From assembly GCA_019058015.1 (NCBI GenBank), contig JAHLWH010000091.1:1241-65240 (forward strand): DNA of 64,000 nt. Reading direction: 5' to 3'. Shown piece after piece: positions 9,249-19,619 of the stretch. The number at the start of each line of letters is the position of its first letter. The first letter of the stretch is position 1. Under the pieces are notes generated by a model, which saw nothing but the letters and a program-made list of their open reading frames with translations, was not told the DNA's origin and did no database searches. The position numbers and the translations under genes were made by a program. The DNA is from Promethearchaeota archaeon. GTDB taxonomy: Archaea > Asgardarchaeota > Lokiarchaeia > Sigyniarchaeales > SOKP01.

Positions 9249-9983
9249 CTATTCTCTTTGAATTTTATCCCTTAATTCAAGAAGTATATCGGGATAATTA
9301 GTATAAATCGCATCCACGTATTTACCATTATGATTCATTTTTAAAAATCTTTTCATAAAAAAAAGAGTATTTACACCCCAAACGTAAAAACTAAAACCAG
9401 CATTTTTGATTTGCTTAAAAAAGTTCAATTTAGCTTGAATATTTCTGATATTGAAACCGTAGATTTTTAATTTATTCATCTTATTGAATTTCAAATCTTT
9501 TTCTTCTATAATTGGGTGTCTTTCTGATATCGAATAAATTAATTTGGCTTCTTTCTCCATTTTTCTTATTTTTGAAAAAAGATAAAAATTATTTCCAACT
9601 AACTCTACTTTCTCAAGTATATTATATTCTCTGGCAAGTCTAATTATTTTAAAACCAACATTATTGCCTTTTAAATCGATACTATACTTAATATTTTTAC
9701 TTTTAAATACATCAAATACTTCACCTAAGTTAGGAATTTTTTTATTTCCTTTAAGGCGAATTTCTTTAATTTCTCTTAAAGTCAATTTATTTATCTCAAT
9801 CTTTTTACCATCTTTTTCCACAATGTAATCGTGAAAGAGAACTATTTGTCCATCTTTAGAAAGATGAGCATCCGTTTCAATTCCATCAACCCCCATCTCA
9901 ACAGCTTTACGAAACGAATCGATTGTATTTTCAACAGAATAAATCCCCGCCCCTCTATGTCCCCATATAAAAGTTCGATTCAA
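9249..9983 (-). CDS. Glycerophosphodiester phosphodiesterase (GDPD family)
   Basis: The N-terminal WGHRGAG...ENTIDSFRKAVEMGVDGIETDAHLSKDGQIVLFHD is the canonical GDPD catalytic signature (HRG...EN...E.D......HD). Confidence 0.8.
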   Translation of the reverse strand: MNRTFIWGHRGAGIYSVENTIDSFRKAVEMGVDGIETDAHLSKDGQIVLFHDYIVEKDGKKIEINKLTLREIKEIRLKGNKKIPNLGEVFDVFKSKNIKYSIDLKGNNVGFKIIRLAREYNILEKVELVGNNFYLFSKIRKMEKEAKLIYSISERHPIIEEKDLKFNKMNKLKIYGFNIRNIQAKLNFFKQIKNAGFSFYVWGVNTLFFMKRFLKMNHNGKYVDAIYTNYPDILLELRDKIQRE

Positions 9984-10138
9984 ATATGAAACACTTAAAA
10001 AATTAATGATAACTCCTAATTTTGAGAATGAATGATTAAATTATTTAAAAATCTTAAATGAATCTTAAAAATTTTTTTATATTATAAGATTTATACAAAT
10101 AATATTTATTAAAGAACAATATTTAAGACTCAAGAATT

Positions 10139-11689
10139 ATGTATGTCGCTGCTTTAGATTTGGGAACATCTGGATGCCGAACAATTATTTTTGATGTTAC
10201 AGGTTCTATAGTTTCAAGCCATTATGAAGAATGGGAGAGCTATTATCCATCACCAGTAATGGTTGAGCAATCTGCAGAACAATGGTATGAAAAATTAAAA
10301 ATTACAATAAAAAATGCAATTGAAAAGGTTTCAATAAACCCACAAGAAATCGTAAGTATTTCAATTACCAATCAGCGTGAAACCATAGTTCCTATTGATC
10401 CAGAAGGCAATTCTTTATATAATGCAATAGTGTGGCAAGATAGAAGAACAACAAATGAATGTGAGATAATTAAAAAAAAGGTTGGAATAGATAAAATCTA
10501 TAAAATAACGGGTTTAACAATAGATCCATATTTTTCTGCCTCAAAAATTCTATGGTTTAAGAACAATAAACAAGAAATTTATAATAAAACACATAAATTT
10601 CTATTGGTTCATGATTATATCTTATACAAATTAACCGGACAGTTTTATACAGATTTTTCTAATGCTTCAAGAACGATGTTATTTGACATCAATACCTTAA
10701 AATGGTCAGATGAGATTGCATCCTTACTTGGAATTGATCTTGATAAAATGCCCACACCTGTAGAAAGTGGTATTGATATAGGTGAATTAACAGCAAAAGA
10801 TACTAGTTTTGATAAAAAAACGCTCGTAATTACCGGGGCGGGCGATCAACAAGCAGCTGCATTAGGTGTTGGAGTAGTTGAACCTGGGCGAATTAAATGT
10901 ACCACCGGAACTGGCTCTTTTATTCTTGCTTATTTAGAAGAACCTCAACTCGACCCAAAAAAGCGAGTATTGTGCAGTTGTCACGCAGTTCCTGGTTCGT
11001 GGGTTCAGGAAGCAAGTATCTTTTCTACTGGAGCTGTTTTTCGTTGGGCTAGAGATCAAATTGGATTTGAAGAACGTGAAAAAATTGAATCTGGAAAAGA
11101 TCCATATGATTTAATGACAAAAATGGCAGAAGAAAGTCCTGTAGGGGCAAATGGGTTAATAATGATCCCCCACTTTGCAGGAGCAGGAGCTCCCTACTGG
11201 AATCCTTATGCTAGAGGGATTTTATTTGGATTAACATTGGGACATACACGAGCTGATATTTATCGTGCAATTATGGAAAGTGTTGCCCTCGAAGTTAAGA
11301 AAAATATTCAAATTTTTAATGAACTGAACTTTAAATCTAAAGAATTAAGAGTTACTGGTGGTGGTTCCCGATCGAATTTATGGAATAGTATTATGGCCGA
11401 TATTGTTGGAATACCAACATTTAGACCGGAATTGGAGGAGGCTACGGCTTTCGGTGCAGCAATACTGGCCGCTTCTGGTGCTGGAATTTATCCTGATATT
11501 GCAAAAGCAGCAAATGATATTTGTAAAATAAGTGATAAATGGTATCCGAATAAAGAAAATAATCAAATATACGAATCAATATTTAATTTTTACAATATTT
11601 TTTATAACAATTTGGAGAACTCCAATATATATCGAAAATTTTACGATTTAAATTTATACAAAAAAAAAGAGGAAGAAAAACAAGAATAA
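10139..11689 (+). CDS. FGGY-family carbohydrate kinase, glycerol-kinase-like
   Basis: 516 aa with ALDLGTSGCR (N-terminal ATPase motif), NQRETIVPID...NAIVWQDRRT (glycerol-kinase-like block), GAGDQQAAALG and TGGGSRSNLW. The substrate is not certain. Confidence 0.8.
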   Translation: MYVAALDLGTSGCRTIIFDVTGSIVSSHYEEWESYYPSPVMVEQSAEQWYEKLKITIKNAIEKVSINPQEIVSISITNQRETIVPIDPEGNSLYNAIVWQDRRTTNECEIIKKKVGIDKIYKITGLTIDPYFSASKILWFKNNKQEIYNKTHKFLLVHDYILYKLTGQFYTDFSNASRTMLFDINTLKWSDEIASLLGIDLDKMPTPVESGIDIGELTAKDTSFDKKTLVITGAGDQQAAALGVGVVEPGRIKCTTGTGSFILAYLEEPQLDPKKRVLCSCHAVPGSWVQEASIFSTGAVFRWARDQIGFEEREKIESGKDPYDLMTKMAEESPVGANGLIMIPHFAGAGAPYWNPYARGILFGLTLGHTRADIYRAIMESVALEVKKNIQIFNELNFKSKELRVTGGGSRSNLWNSIMADIVGIPTFRPELEEATAFGAAILAASGAGIYPDIAKAANDICKISDKWYPNKENNQIYESIFNFYNIFYNNLENSNIYRKFYDLNLYKKKEEEKQE

Positions 11690-11780
11690 TGTTATTGTTT
11701 AATCAAATGATTTAATTATATGAAAATAAATAATTTTATATAATTATTTCATTATTTTTCTGTTGGATATTTAATTAAAT

Positions 11781-12419
11781 TTGGTTGAGATTAAAATGGA
11801 AGTATCAAAAAACGAAAAAATTCAAGATTCCGAAGAAATTGATAAATACTTAAAGCGCCAAATAACTATCGGAAAAATATTTTTCATATTTTTAACTATA
11901 TCAATAATAATATGCATTGGTGGTGCTGTATATACTTTAGCAGATTTATTTATGCCCACTGGAAAACTGGAAGAATTCCTAGCAATGGGATTTGGACTGC
12001 AAATTGCGATTCTAGGGGGTTTATTTGCAAGTCTATTTTTTTTATTAGTTTCTTTCTATGCATTATATAAAAAGGGCAATAAAAAAATACTTAAAATTTT
12101 ATTTAAAGAAAAAAGACAGATTTTAGAAAAATATCGAGGAAAAGCTGGTGTAAAAATTATTGCATTTAGTTTTTTAATAAGTATTTGTGTCATTATAGCT
12201 GGTGTCCTTTATAGTCTTCTTGAGATGCTTTTTCTTAGTGGAAGTGAATCACAAGGTTTAATAGCCTTTTTAATCTCACTTTCCCAAGGACAACTAATCT
12301 TATTAATTGGAATAGCATCCTTATCATTAACTGCGCTTATTTTATTATTTAAATACCTCATTGACCATGGTTATTATCTAATTCTTAAGTTATTATACGA
12401 TATCGAAGAAACTGAATAA
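11781..12419 (+). CDS. Polytopic membrane protein, function unknown
   Basis: 212 aa with about five hydrophobic helices (IFFIFLTISIIICIGGAVYTL, LQIAILGGLFASLFFLLVSFYAL, IIAFSFLISICVIIAGVLYSLL, LILLIGIASLSLTALILLF). It lies directly upstream of the HerA-like ATPase on the same strand. Confidence 0.45.
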   Translation: MVEIKMEVSKNEKIQDSEEIDKYLKRQITIGKIFFIFLTISIIICIGGAVYTLADLFMPTGKLEEFLAMGFGLQIAILGGLFASLFFLLVSFYALYKKGNKKILKILFKEKRQILEKYRGKAGVKIIAFSFLISICVIIAGVLYSLLEMLFLSGSESQGLIAFLISLSQGQLILLIGIASLSLTALILLFKYLIDHGYYLILKLLYDIEETE

Positions 12420-12535
12420 AATATTAAAGATTTTTTTTAATTATTTTTTTATTCTCTTAAAAACTTTCACACTATTGTTATTTAAATAAATCTCATTGTA
12501 CTATGTTTTTAAAAAAAGAGATTTAAAGATCTAAC

Positions 12536-14068
12536 TTGTCAAATAAAATTGGAACAGTATTTTCTATACCTCAGATGGATGTACCAAATGTGTCAAATTA
12601 CGCTTTTGTTTTATCTAAGGGCAAGCAAAATTCTGTTGTTAAAAAGGGTTTATTTTGTATAACTCAAACTGCTGAGGGGTGGCTAATCGGAGTTGTTGAA
12701 AAAATAATTTTAGAAAATGAATATTTTTCTAATGTTCAAACTGTAAAAGATTATAATGAAAATAATCCAAATGTTATTAAAGGAATGTTTCCATCTGAAA
12801 ATTTTGAATATGGAATTGCTATTAATAAGTGTTTGGGAATAATATCCTTTAAAGATGAGACAAAAACAAAAATATCTAGTATTAAACGGATGTTGTTTCC
12901 TGCTAAACCAGGAGCTGAAGTTTATCCATGTAGTAAAGAAATTCTGAGTGAGTTCTTGGGATTCAACAATGAAAATGGTTTAAATTTGGGTAGAGTAAAA
13001 ATTGCAAATTTTGATACAAAAATCGACATTAATAGACTTTTGAATAAACATTTTGCAACTTTAGCAATTTCGGGAGCAGGTAAAAGTTATTTAACCTCAG
13101 TTCTGTTAGAAGAGTTGCTTTTAAGGGATAAAGAGAGCGGGGTTCCAGCAATTATTTTAATTGACGTCCATGGTGAATATGTTTATTTTCATAATATTAA
13201 GAAATTCAAAAATCGAGTAAGCATTCAAGATTCTTCTTATTTTCAGATTTCTGTGCCAAAATTATTTGCTAAATCTTTTAAAAAGTATCAAGAAAATATT
13301 TCAGCTGCCCAAGTAAGAGAATTAAATAAAATTTTAACAAAAATTAGAAATCAAAAACAAAGCAAATCATATACAATCAAAGACATTATTGATAATATTG
13401 AAAATGATGATGAGATTAATAAAAGCACTCAACAAGCCTTAATTGGATGGTTAGATGAATTAGATTACCTACAACTCTTTGGCTCCCAAGAAAATCCTCC
13501 AATTGAGCATCTATTAAAAACTGGAAATTTAACAATCTTCAATTTACAATCTGAGACCTCTATTCGCAAAAAACAGATTATAGTTGATTACATTGCAAGC
13601 CAACTCTTTTATTTCCGAAAGAAAAATAAAATTCCTCCTTTTCTGTTAATTATAGAAGAATCTCATCAATTTTGTCCTGAAGCGGCACAATCAAAGGCAA
13701 TTTCTAAATGGATAATTGAAACAATCGCTCGAGAAGGAAGGAAATTTATGGCATGTTTGAATTTGATCTCCCAGCGTCCAAAACGATTGAGTTCTACTGC
13801 TTTATCCCAATGTAATTCTAAATTAATATTGAAAATCTCTAATCCCTATGATTTAAAACATATTCAAGAATCAGATGAATCCATTACAAAATCATACACT
13901 GATATGATTTCCAGCTTAGCAGTCGGAGAATTATTGATTGTTGGAAATGCAGTAAATTATCCTGCATTTATTGAAGTACGCCAGCGTATTTGCGATCCAA
14001 CAAAATCGCGCTCATTATTAGAAATGTGTAGTCACTGGTGGAATTGTCATGAGAAGGTGAAAAATTAA
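12536..14068 (+). CDS. HerA/FtsK-superfamily ATPase (DUF87-type)
   Basis: TTG start. Walker A is LAISGAGKSYL, Walker B-like is FLLIIEESHQF, and the Arg-finger region is LISQRP. An N-terminal beta-barrel-like region precedes the ATPase core, as in HerA. Confidence 0.75.
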   Translation: MSNKIGTVFSIPQMDVPNVSNYAFVLSKGKQNSVVKKGLFCITQTAEGWLIGVVEKIILENEYFSNVQTVKDYNENNPNVIKGMFPSENFEYGIAINKCLGIISFKDETKTKISSIKRMLFPAKPGAEVYPCSKEILSEFLGFNNENGLNLGRVKIANFDTKIDINRLLNKHFATLAISGAGKSYLTSVLLEELLLRDKESGVPAIILIDVHGEYVYFHNIKKFKNRVSIQDSSYFQISVPKLFAKSFKKYQENISAAQVRELNKILTKIRNQKQSKSYTIKDIIDNIENDDEINKSTQQALIGWLDELDYLQLFGSQENPPIEHLLKTGNLTIFNLQSETSIRKKQIIVDYIASQLFYFRKKNKIPPFLLIIEESHQFCPEAAQSKAISKWIIETIAREGRKFMACLNLISQRPKRLSSTALSQCNSKLILKISNPYDLKHIQESDESITKSYTDMISSLAVGELLIVGNAVNYPAFIEVRQRICDPTKSRSLLEMCSHWWNCHEKVKN

Positions 14069-14341
14069 TTAAGACATATTTTCTAACACTTCTTTATTTA
14101 ATACTCTTTTATTTTTCTGTAACGTAATCATTCTTTTCGTTTTTGTAACTTTCTGTAGATAAATTGCTCCCATCGTTTCTAACTTCAACAAATATTCATT
14201 CAGAATGACCATATTTAAATATGAATAACTTTTTTTTAACAACTCTAAAAGCCTTTGATCCAAAATTTCTCCTTTTTGAGATACAATAATGTCGATTATC
14301 TCGTTGATTACTGGTTTAGCGCTCCAAATTCCTGATTTCAT
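14069..14341 (-). CDS. Small hypothetical protein (possible winged-helix fold)
   Basis: 90-aa ORF convergent with and abutting the HerA-like gene. It has a helical pattern (LDQRLLELLKK...LLKLETMGAIYLQKV). Support is weak. Confidence 0.3.
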   Translation of the reverse strand: MKSGIWSAKPVINEIIDIIVSQKGEILDQRLLELLKKSYSYLNMVILNEYLLKLETMGAIYLQKVTKTKRMITLQKNKRVLNKEVLENMS

Positions 14342-14417
14342 TCTTATATATCACAATTTTTAAAATATCTTTTTAATTAATTATTATAAATTTTTATAAA
14401 AAATATCTATTTGGAAA

Positions 14418-16679
14418 TTAAACAAAAAATTGCTCTTCTGGCTTTTTACCAATGCTACCTCTTCTTAGAATCTTCTCAAATTCTTGGTAAAATTTAACAA
14501 CCTCATCCGTAATTGAAGGATGTATGGATTCTAATGCTTCTTTGAAATGATTCTTGGATACTTTTCTTTTATTAATATTTTCTCTAAGTGCAACCATTGC
14601 TGCTTCTCTGCAAAAGGATTCTATATCTGCTCCTGAAAAATTATTGGTTATTTCTAATAATTCATCAATTTTAACATCAGACGCAAGAGGAATATCTTTG
14701 AGAAAAATTTTAAATATTAATCTTCTATCTTCTTTTGTTGGTGCTGGAATAAATAATAATCTATCAATTCTCCCGGGACGAATTAAAGCTGGATCTAGGA
14801 TATCTGGCCTGTTTGTTGCAGCAATTACAATAACATCTTTCATTTGTTCTAATCCGTCTAATTCAGTTAGAAATTGAGAAATAACACGTTCAGTGACTCC
14901 TGAATCCCCATAATGTCCACCCCGTCGAGGGGCGATTGAATCTAATTCATCGAAAAATATGATACATGGTGCAGCTAATTTAGCTTTTCTAAAGATCTCC
15001 CTTATCGCTTTCTCACTTTCTCCAACCCATTTTGATAATAATTCCGGCCCCTTAATAGAAATAAAATTGGCTTTAGTTTCAGTAGCTACTGCTCTTGCTA
15101 AAAGAGTTTTTCCACAACCTGGGGGTCCAAATAATAATATGCCACGGGGTGGTTTAATACCCATTCTCTCAAAAACTTTTGGGTTAGATAATGGCCAATC
15201 TATAGCTTCTATTAATCGTTGTTTTACATTATCTAAACCACCAACTTCATCCCACTTAACTCGTGGTACTTCAATAAATACCTCTCTAATTCCTGAAGGT
15301 GTGACCTCTTTTAAAGCACTATTAAAATCTTCTTCAATCACTTCTATTTGTTCTAGTAATTCTGGGTCAATTTCTTCAGATTCTAAATCTATATGAGGTA
15401 AATATCTTCGCAATGCTGCCATTGCCGCTTCACGACATACTGCAGAAATATCAGCTCCCACAAATCCATGAGTATGTCTAGATAATTCTTTTAAATTGAC
15501 TCCTTTTGCAAGTGGCATATTTCTTGTATGTATTAAAAATATTTCATAACGTCCTTTCTCGTCAGGGACTTTAATCTCAATTTCTCTATCAAATCGTCCT
15601 GGTCTTCTTAAAGCAGGATCTAAACTATTGGGGCGATTTGTAGCCCCAATGACAATTACTTTACCTCTAGCATGTAATCCATCCATTAAAGCTAACATTT
15701 GAGCAACAACTCTTCGTTCTACTTCACCTGTAACTGTCTCTCTTTTTGGAGCTATTGCATCAATCTCATCAATAAATATAATCCCGGGAGCTTTTTCTTC
15801 CGCTTCTTGAAATAGTTTTCGTAATCTTTTCTCAGATTCACCATAAAATTTACTCATAATTTCAGGTCCATTAATTGATATAAAATGTGCTTCACTTTCA
15901 TTGACTACTGCTTTCGCCAATAATGTCTTCCCACAACCGGGAGGACCACGAAGTAATACACCTTTTGGTGGATCTATCCCTAATCTTTTAAATAATGATG
16001 GATGTCGAAGAGGTAGCTCAATCATTTCTCTCACACGTGTAATTTCTTTATCTAAACCACCAACATCTTCATAAGTTACGTAAGAAACCCCCATTTTTTC
16101 CTCTTCGCTAATTTTTTCGCTTATATGAAGAATCGTCTGCTCATTATTTATGATACAGATTCCTTTAGGATTTGTTCGAATTACTTTAAAAGTAATTTCT
16201 CGAGAGATTCCAATCGAGATGAATATAGTATCATTTATGGTAATAGGATAATTATCTAATTTTCTTTTTACAAAACTTTCAAACCTAGGATTTGATCTAA
16301 TCTTAACTTCGCTAGGAGCTAATATTACATTTTTTGCAATTTTAACATTCACTTTTCGTAGCTCAACTACATCATCAATACTTGCTCCAGTATTTTTACG
16401 AAGCCTTGAGTCAATCCTAACTATATTCAGACCTGAATCTTGAGGATAACTTGGCCATGCTATGCCTGCACTTTCTGTTTTACCTTTAATTGCAACAACA
16501 TCGCCTGTTTTAATATTCAACCGTTCCATAACTTCATGGTCAATTCTTATAATATTTCTTCCGATATCACGCTTTTTGGCTTTCTGAATTCTCAAATGTA
16601 CTTTTTCATAAGAGTCTTCACTCTCTTCTTCCTCATCATCCTCAAAATCATCGTCTTTAGATTCAGCCATAATTTTCAA
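14418..16679 (-). CDS. cdc48: CDC48/VCP-type AAA+ ATPase (two AAA domains)
   Basis: Two Walker A motifs (GPPGCGKT twice) and two Walker B motifs ([16 protein letters not shown]) are present, plus an N-terminal CDC48_N-like region. The track start is TTG at 16679. ATG at 16670 (MAESKDDD) is the more likely start. Confidence 0.95.
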   Translation of the reverse strand: MKIMAESKDDDFEDDEEEESEDSYEKVHLRIQKAKKRDIGRNIIRIDHEVMERLNIKTGDVVAIKGKTESAGIAWPSYPQDSGLNIVRIDSRLRKNTGASIDDVVELRKVNVKIAKNVILAPSEVKIRSNPRFESFVKRKLDNYPITINDTIFISIGISREITFKVIRTNPKGICIINNEQTILHISEKISEEEKMGVSYVTYEDVGGLDKEITRVREMIELPLRHPSLFKRLGIDPPKGVLLRGPPGCGKTLLAKAVVNESEAHFISINGPEIMSKFYGESEKRLRKLFQEAEEKAPGIIFIDEIDAIAPKRETVTGEVERRVVAQMLALMDGLHARGKVIVIGATNRPNSLDPALRRPGRFDREIEIKVPDEKGRYEIFLIHTRNMPLAKGVNLKELSRHTHGFVGADISAVCREAAMAALRRYLPHIDLESEEIDPELLEQIEVIEEDFNSALKEVTPSGIREVFIEVPRVKWDEVGGLDNVKQRLIEAIDWPLSNPKVFERMGIKPPRGILLFGPPGCGKTLLARAVATETKANFISIKGPELLSKWVGESEKAIREIFRKAKLAAPCIIFFDELDSIAPRRGGHYGDSGVTERVISQFLTELDGLEQMKDVIVIAATNRPDILDPALIRPGRIDRLLFIPAPTKEDRRLIFKIFLKDIPLASDVKIDELLEITNNFSGADIESFCREAAMVALRENINKRKVSKNHFKEALESIHPSITDEVVKFYQEFEKILRRGSIGKKPEEQFFV

Positions 16680-16776
16680 TTTTTTTTTTTTTTTAAAAAA
16701 ATCCTAATTTGTTTCTCCTTAAAAATAAGAAATAAACAAATATTGAAAAGTTTTTTGATTTATTACATACATAAAT

Positions 16777-17826
16777 TCATTTAAAAAATTGTTCTAAAGA
16801 TGTTTGTTTTGATGCAGATTCTATTTTTTTTAATCTTTCAAGGGCATTTTTAACCCGAGATTCTGAAAAATTGTGTTTATTAATTAAAAAATCTTCAATT
16901 TTATCAAACTTTTGTTTTCCTTTATTTAATGATGGATAATTCTCCTCAATTGAGGGATTTAGAAATAAATCCTTAACCTTTTCAATTAAATCGAGATTTA
17001 AATCTATTATTTGCCCCCTAACTTTTACTTTTTTTGATACTATCTCTTTTATTGAATTATGTTTTTTTATTAAACTATAAGCCGTCTTTTCACCAATTCC
17101 TTTTACTCCCTCGAAAAAATCTGTTCCAATCAAAATCCCCATCTCAATAAGCTGCTCTCTTGTAATATCCAAATTTTCTAAAAGTCTGGGCAATAGTATC
17201 CATTCGATATCCAAAGTAATGGAAGTGTCACCCACTTTACGAGACCGAGTTACAGCAAAATTTCTCAATAATCTCTTGGCCCCGAATAAAAGAGTATCAT
17301 AATCTTGAGATGCCGAACCCCATACATCTCCCTTATTTACCATATAAGCAATTTGGGCTTCACCCTCTGATGAAGCTTGAACGACTGGAACTCCCATAAA
17401 ATCAAGTAAACTTTTACTGTCCTCAATCATCTTTTCATCTAATTTGGATGTAGCTTGCGCAAATTTTCTCGCTTCTACTAAATCCCCCTTTAATTGCGCC
17501 TCTTCCATTTTTGCTTTTGCTTCTAATTTTCTCTCTTTTCTTTCTCTTATAATTTCCAATTTTAAATTTGAAGGCTTTCCATCAAAAACATAAATTGGGT
17601 GAATATTTCCTTCAAGAAAATTAATTGTTCTATAAAATAACCCAGATAAATGTGAAGTAATATTTCCTTGATAATCCTTTAAGGGAGTACCATCTTGCTG
17701 TCTAATTATAGCAAGGAACTGGTATAAAGTATTGAAAGCATCAATCGCAATCTTCTTATTGAATAAATTCTCAAAAGTGATAATCCTTTTTGTTTCCTTT
17801 ACTAGCTCACTTATTTTAACTCCCAT
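16777..17826 (-). CDS. fen: Flap endonuclease 1
   Basis: Shows MGVKISELV...IAIDAFNTLYQFL...YVFDGKP...EGEAQ..., an H3TH region GTDF..GVKGIGEKTA, and a C-terminal PIP-like SLEQFF. Confidence 0.9.
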   Translation of the reverse strand: MGVKISELVKETKRIITFENLFNKKIAIDAFNTLYQFLAIIRQQDGTPLKDYQGNITSHLSGLFYRTINFLEGNIHPIYVFDGKPSNLKLEIIRERKERKLEAKAKMEEAQLKGDLVEARKFAQATSKLDEKMIEDSKSLLDFMGVPVVQASSEGEAQIAYMVNKGDVWGSASQDYDTLLFGAKRLLRNFAVTRSRKVGDTSITLDIEWILLPRLLENLDITREQLIEMGILIGTDFFEGVKGIGEKTAYSLIKKHNSIKEIVSKKVKVRGQIIDLNLDLIEKVKDLFLNPSIEENYPSLNKGKQKFDKIEDFLINKHNFSESRVKNALERLKKIESASKQTSLEQFFK

Positions 17827-17912
17827 ATGCTTATCGCCCAGTTAAAATTTTTTTAAATCAATTCTCTAAAGTAATAATTCATTTGGACCTTTTAAATCAC
17901 ACTATTTTAATA

Positions 17913-18824
17913 TTACTTTAAAGGTAACCGAATTCTTGGTAAAATCTTTTCACGTAACCTATAAAAATAACTTTTACTAATATTACTTGAGAGTCTTATT
18001 AGCTTGAAAGTTTCTTCTGACATCTTAACCCGAATTTTATTTTTTGGATAGATTTTTGTTATAACGCGGCGTCCATCAATGATTAAGGTTCCATTTAAAT
18101 GCGCTCTTAATAACGTTATTTCAAATTCTGAATCTTTTGGAAAGACCATCGGAACTAATCCTGAACGTGCATATGGGTTTATGGGAACTAATTGGATAAC
18201 CTCCATGTTTGGAGCTAAAATTGTTCCTCCAGCTGAGAATGCATAAGCAGTGCTTCCTGTGGGTGTTGATAATATCAATCCATCTAAATATGCATTTGAG
18301 AGAAATTCACCATTCACTTTAACAGATATTTGCATTACTTTGGATTGCTTTGCAGAAATCAATAACACCTCATTTATTGCCTCATCCAATGGAATAGTTG
18401 AATTAGGAGATGTAGACAAAAAAGTAGATAATCGAGAGCACTTTTCTATTAGATATTTTCCATTTAAAATTTTTTCTAGATCATTATATACAGTCTTTTC
18501 ATTTCCCTCACTTAAAAAGGCAATTGAAGTTCCTATTTTTGCACAACCATATACTGGAGGTGTTTCTTTTTTAGGTAATTTATGAAACACCCGTAAAATC
18601 GATCCATCACCCCCTACTGAAATGACGAACTTTATTATATTTTCTGTCATTAGATTAAGTTCCATTCCTAAATCTCCTCTATCTAATCTATTGCATATCC
18701 TTTTTTCTAAAATAACTTTCTCACCCTTCTCAATTAAGTAACTCATAATTCTTTTTGCTAATCTAATCGATTCAATTGAATCCATACGAGATGTAATCAT
18801 AATTGCTTTTTCTTCTTGCCCCAT
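17913..18824 (-). CDS. ppnK: NAD kinase
   Basis: GGDGSILR and TPTGSTAYAFSAGG are the NAD kinase signatures. Confidence 0.85.
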   Translation of the reverse strand: MGQEEKAIMITSRMDSIESIRLAKRIMSYLIEKGEKVILEKRICNRLDRGDLGMELNLMTENIIKFVISVGGDGSILRVFHKLPKKETPPVYGCAKIGTSIAFLSEGNEKTVYNDLEKILNGKYLIEKCSRLSTFLSTSPNSTIPLDEAINEVLLISAKQSKVMQISVKVNGEFLSNAYLDGLILSTPTGSTAYAFSAGGTILAPNMEVIQLVPINPYARSGLVPMVFPKDSEFEITLLRAHLNGTLIIDGRRVITKIYPKNKIRVKMSEETFKLIRLSSNISKSYFYRLREKILPRIRLPLK

Positions 18825-18953
18825 TTCTACATATGCCTCTATTAATTTTTGTAATAATAATTCAAAATATATTAAAAAAAATTCTTATGAAACAAATATT
18901 TCAGAAAGAAAATATAGTTTTAGATTGAAACAAGAATTATGTATTTGCTTAGA

Positions 18954-19382
18954 TTATTCAGTAATTATCCGCTTGATAATTTTTTTCCCAAGTAAGTCCC
19001 AATATTCAACTGTTGAATGACTCATTTTATCTTCTTCTTGTTTTAATTCCCTGATTTTATTGATTAAGTCTTGTTCTTTAGGCCATTCAATATCAAATGA
19101 CTCATAACTCTCATTATCCATAATCTGCAATGTAGCATCTTCAATAAAATTTATATGAGCACTTCCTTTAAAAATATCGGGAGTATCGACCATATGTCCA
19201 GAAGGAATTGTTAAAGAACGTTTATTTCCATCAAAGAGCCCTACACATACAACCTTCATTTTTGCATGTCCATGTTTACCGGATTTACTTTTTTCTATAG
19301 ATTTAATTAAACAAGGCTCTCCATCCTCAATAATGTAAGACCCCGTTTTTAATTTTTGAATTTCTGTTTTTCTAATTGACAT
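18954..19382 (-). CDS. eif5a: Translation initiation factor 5A (aIF5A)
   Basis: The hypusine-loop motif SKSGKHGHAKMKVV is present and the length is 142 aa. Confidence 0.9.
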   Translation of the reverse strand: MSIRKTEIQKLKTGSYIIEDGEPCLIKSIEKSKSGKHGHAKMKVVCVGLFDGNKRSLTIPSGHMVDTPDIFKGSAHINFIEDATLQIMDNESYESFDIEWPKEQDLINKIRELKQEEDKMSHSTVEYWDLLGKKIIKRIITE

Positions 19383-19481
19383 CTTTAATACTATTTTTTA
19401 ATTTTTGATTATTTTCTTCGTTAATTTATGATATTTTATATTTTTTTTTGTTTTTATTAATCAATTAAACTTACTTATTAT

Positions 19482-19619
19482 TTATAAATCTTTAAAAAGC
19501 ATTTCTTTAAGTTCTTCGGAAATCCCTTCTATATTTCGTAAATCTATAGCAATAAAATTTAACATATCATAAGGTGCCTGCTTTCTTTCCCAAACAATTC
19601 TAATCCAGTTCTCTATCAT
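19482..19619 (-). CDS. Small ORF (45 aa), possibly translationally coupled; not in the supplied ORF track
   Basis: My own translation of the minus strand gives MIENWIRIVWERKQAPYDMLNFIAIDLRNIEGISEELKEMLFKDL*. The ATG at 19619..19617 overlaps the upstream TGA at 19618..19616. Confidence 0.2.
   Translation of the reverse strand: MIENWIRIVWERKQAPYDMLNFIAIDLRNIEGISEELKEMLFKDL

Noticed and set aside
14554-15396. Long plus-strand ORFs (14554..14877, 14959..15396, 16440..16784) inside the cdc48 locus. Similar antisense ORFs occur elsewhere: 3970..4579 in porB/porA, 8281..8490, 8839..9033, 11378..11566, 18250..18585, 26845..27132, 41255..41596, 42648..43046, 43931..44161, 45211..45426, 51774..52073, 55083..55286, 58044..58235, 59604..59858, 61794..61994, 63131..63334 and 63413..63715.
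   Set aside because: Each lies antisense to, and wholly within, a gene with strong motif support. Their products are low-complexity (S/L/I/F-rich) mirror translations with no motifs. They are shadow ORFs.
16681-16701. T14 followed by A7 homopolymer tract between fen and cdc48.
   Set aside because: It is intergenic. On the minus strand it reads T7 then A14, just upstream of the cdc48 start. It is plausibly an oligo-T terminator for fen plus an A-rich leader, and it is ordinary for an AT-rich archaeal genome. I note only that it is slippage-prone.
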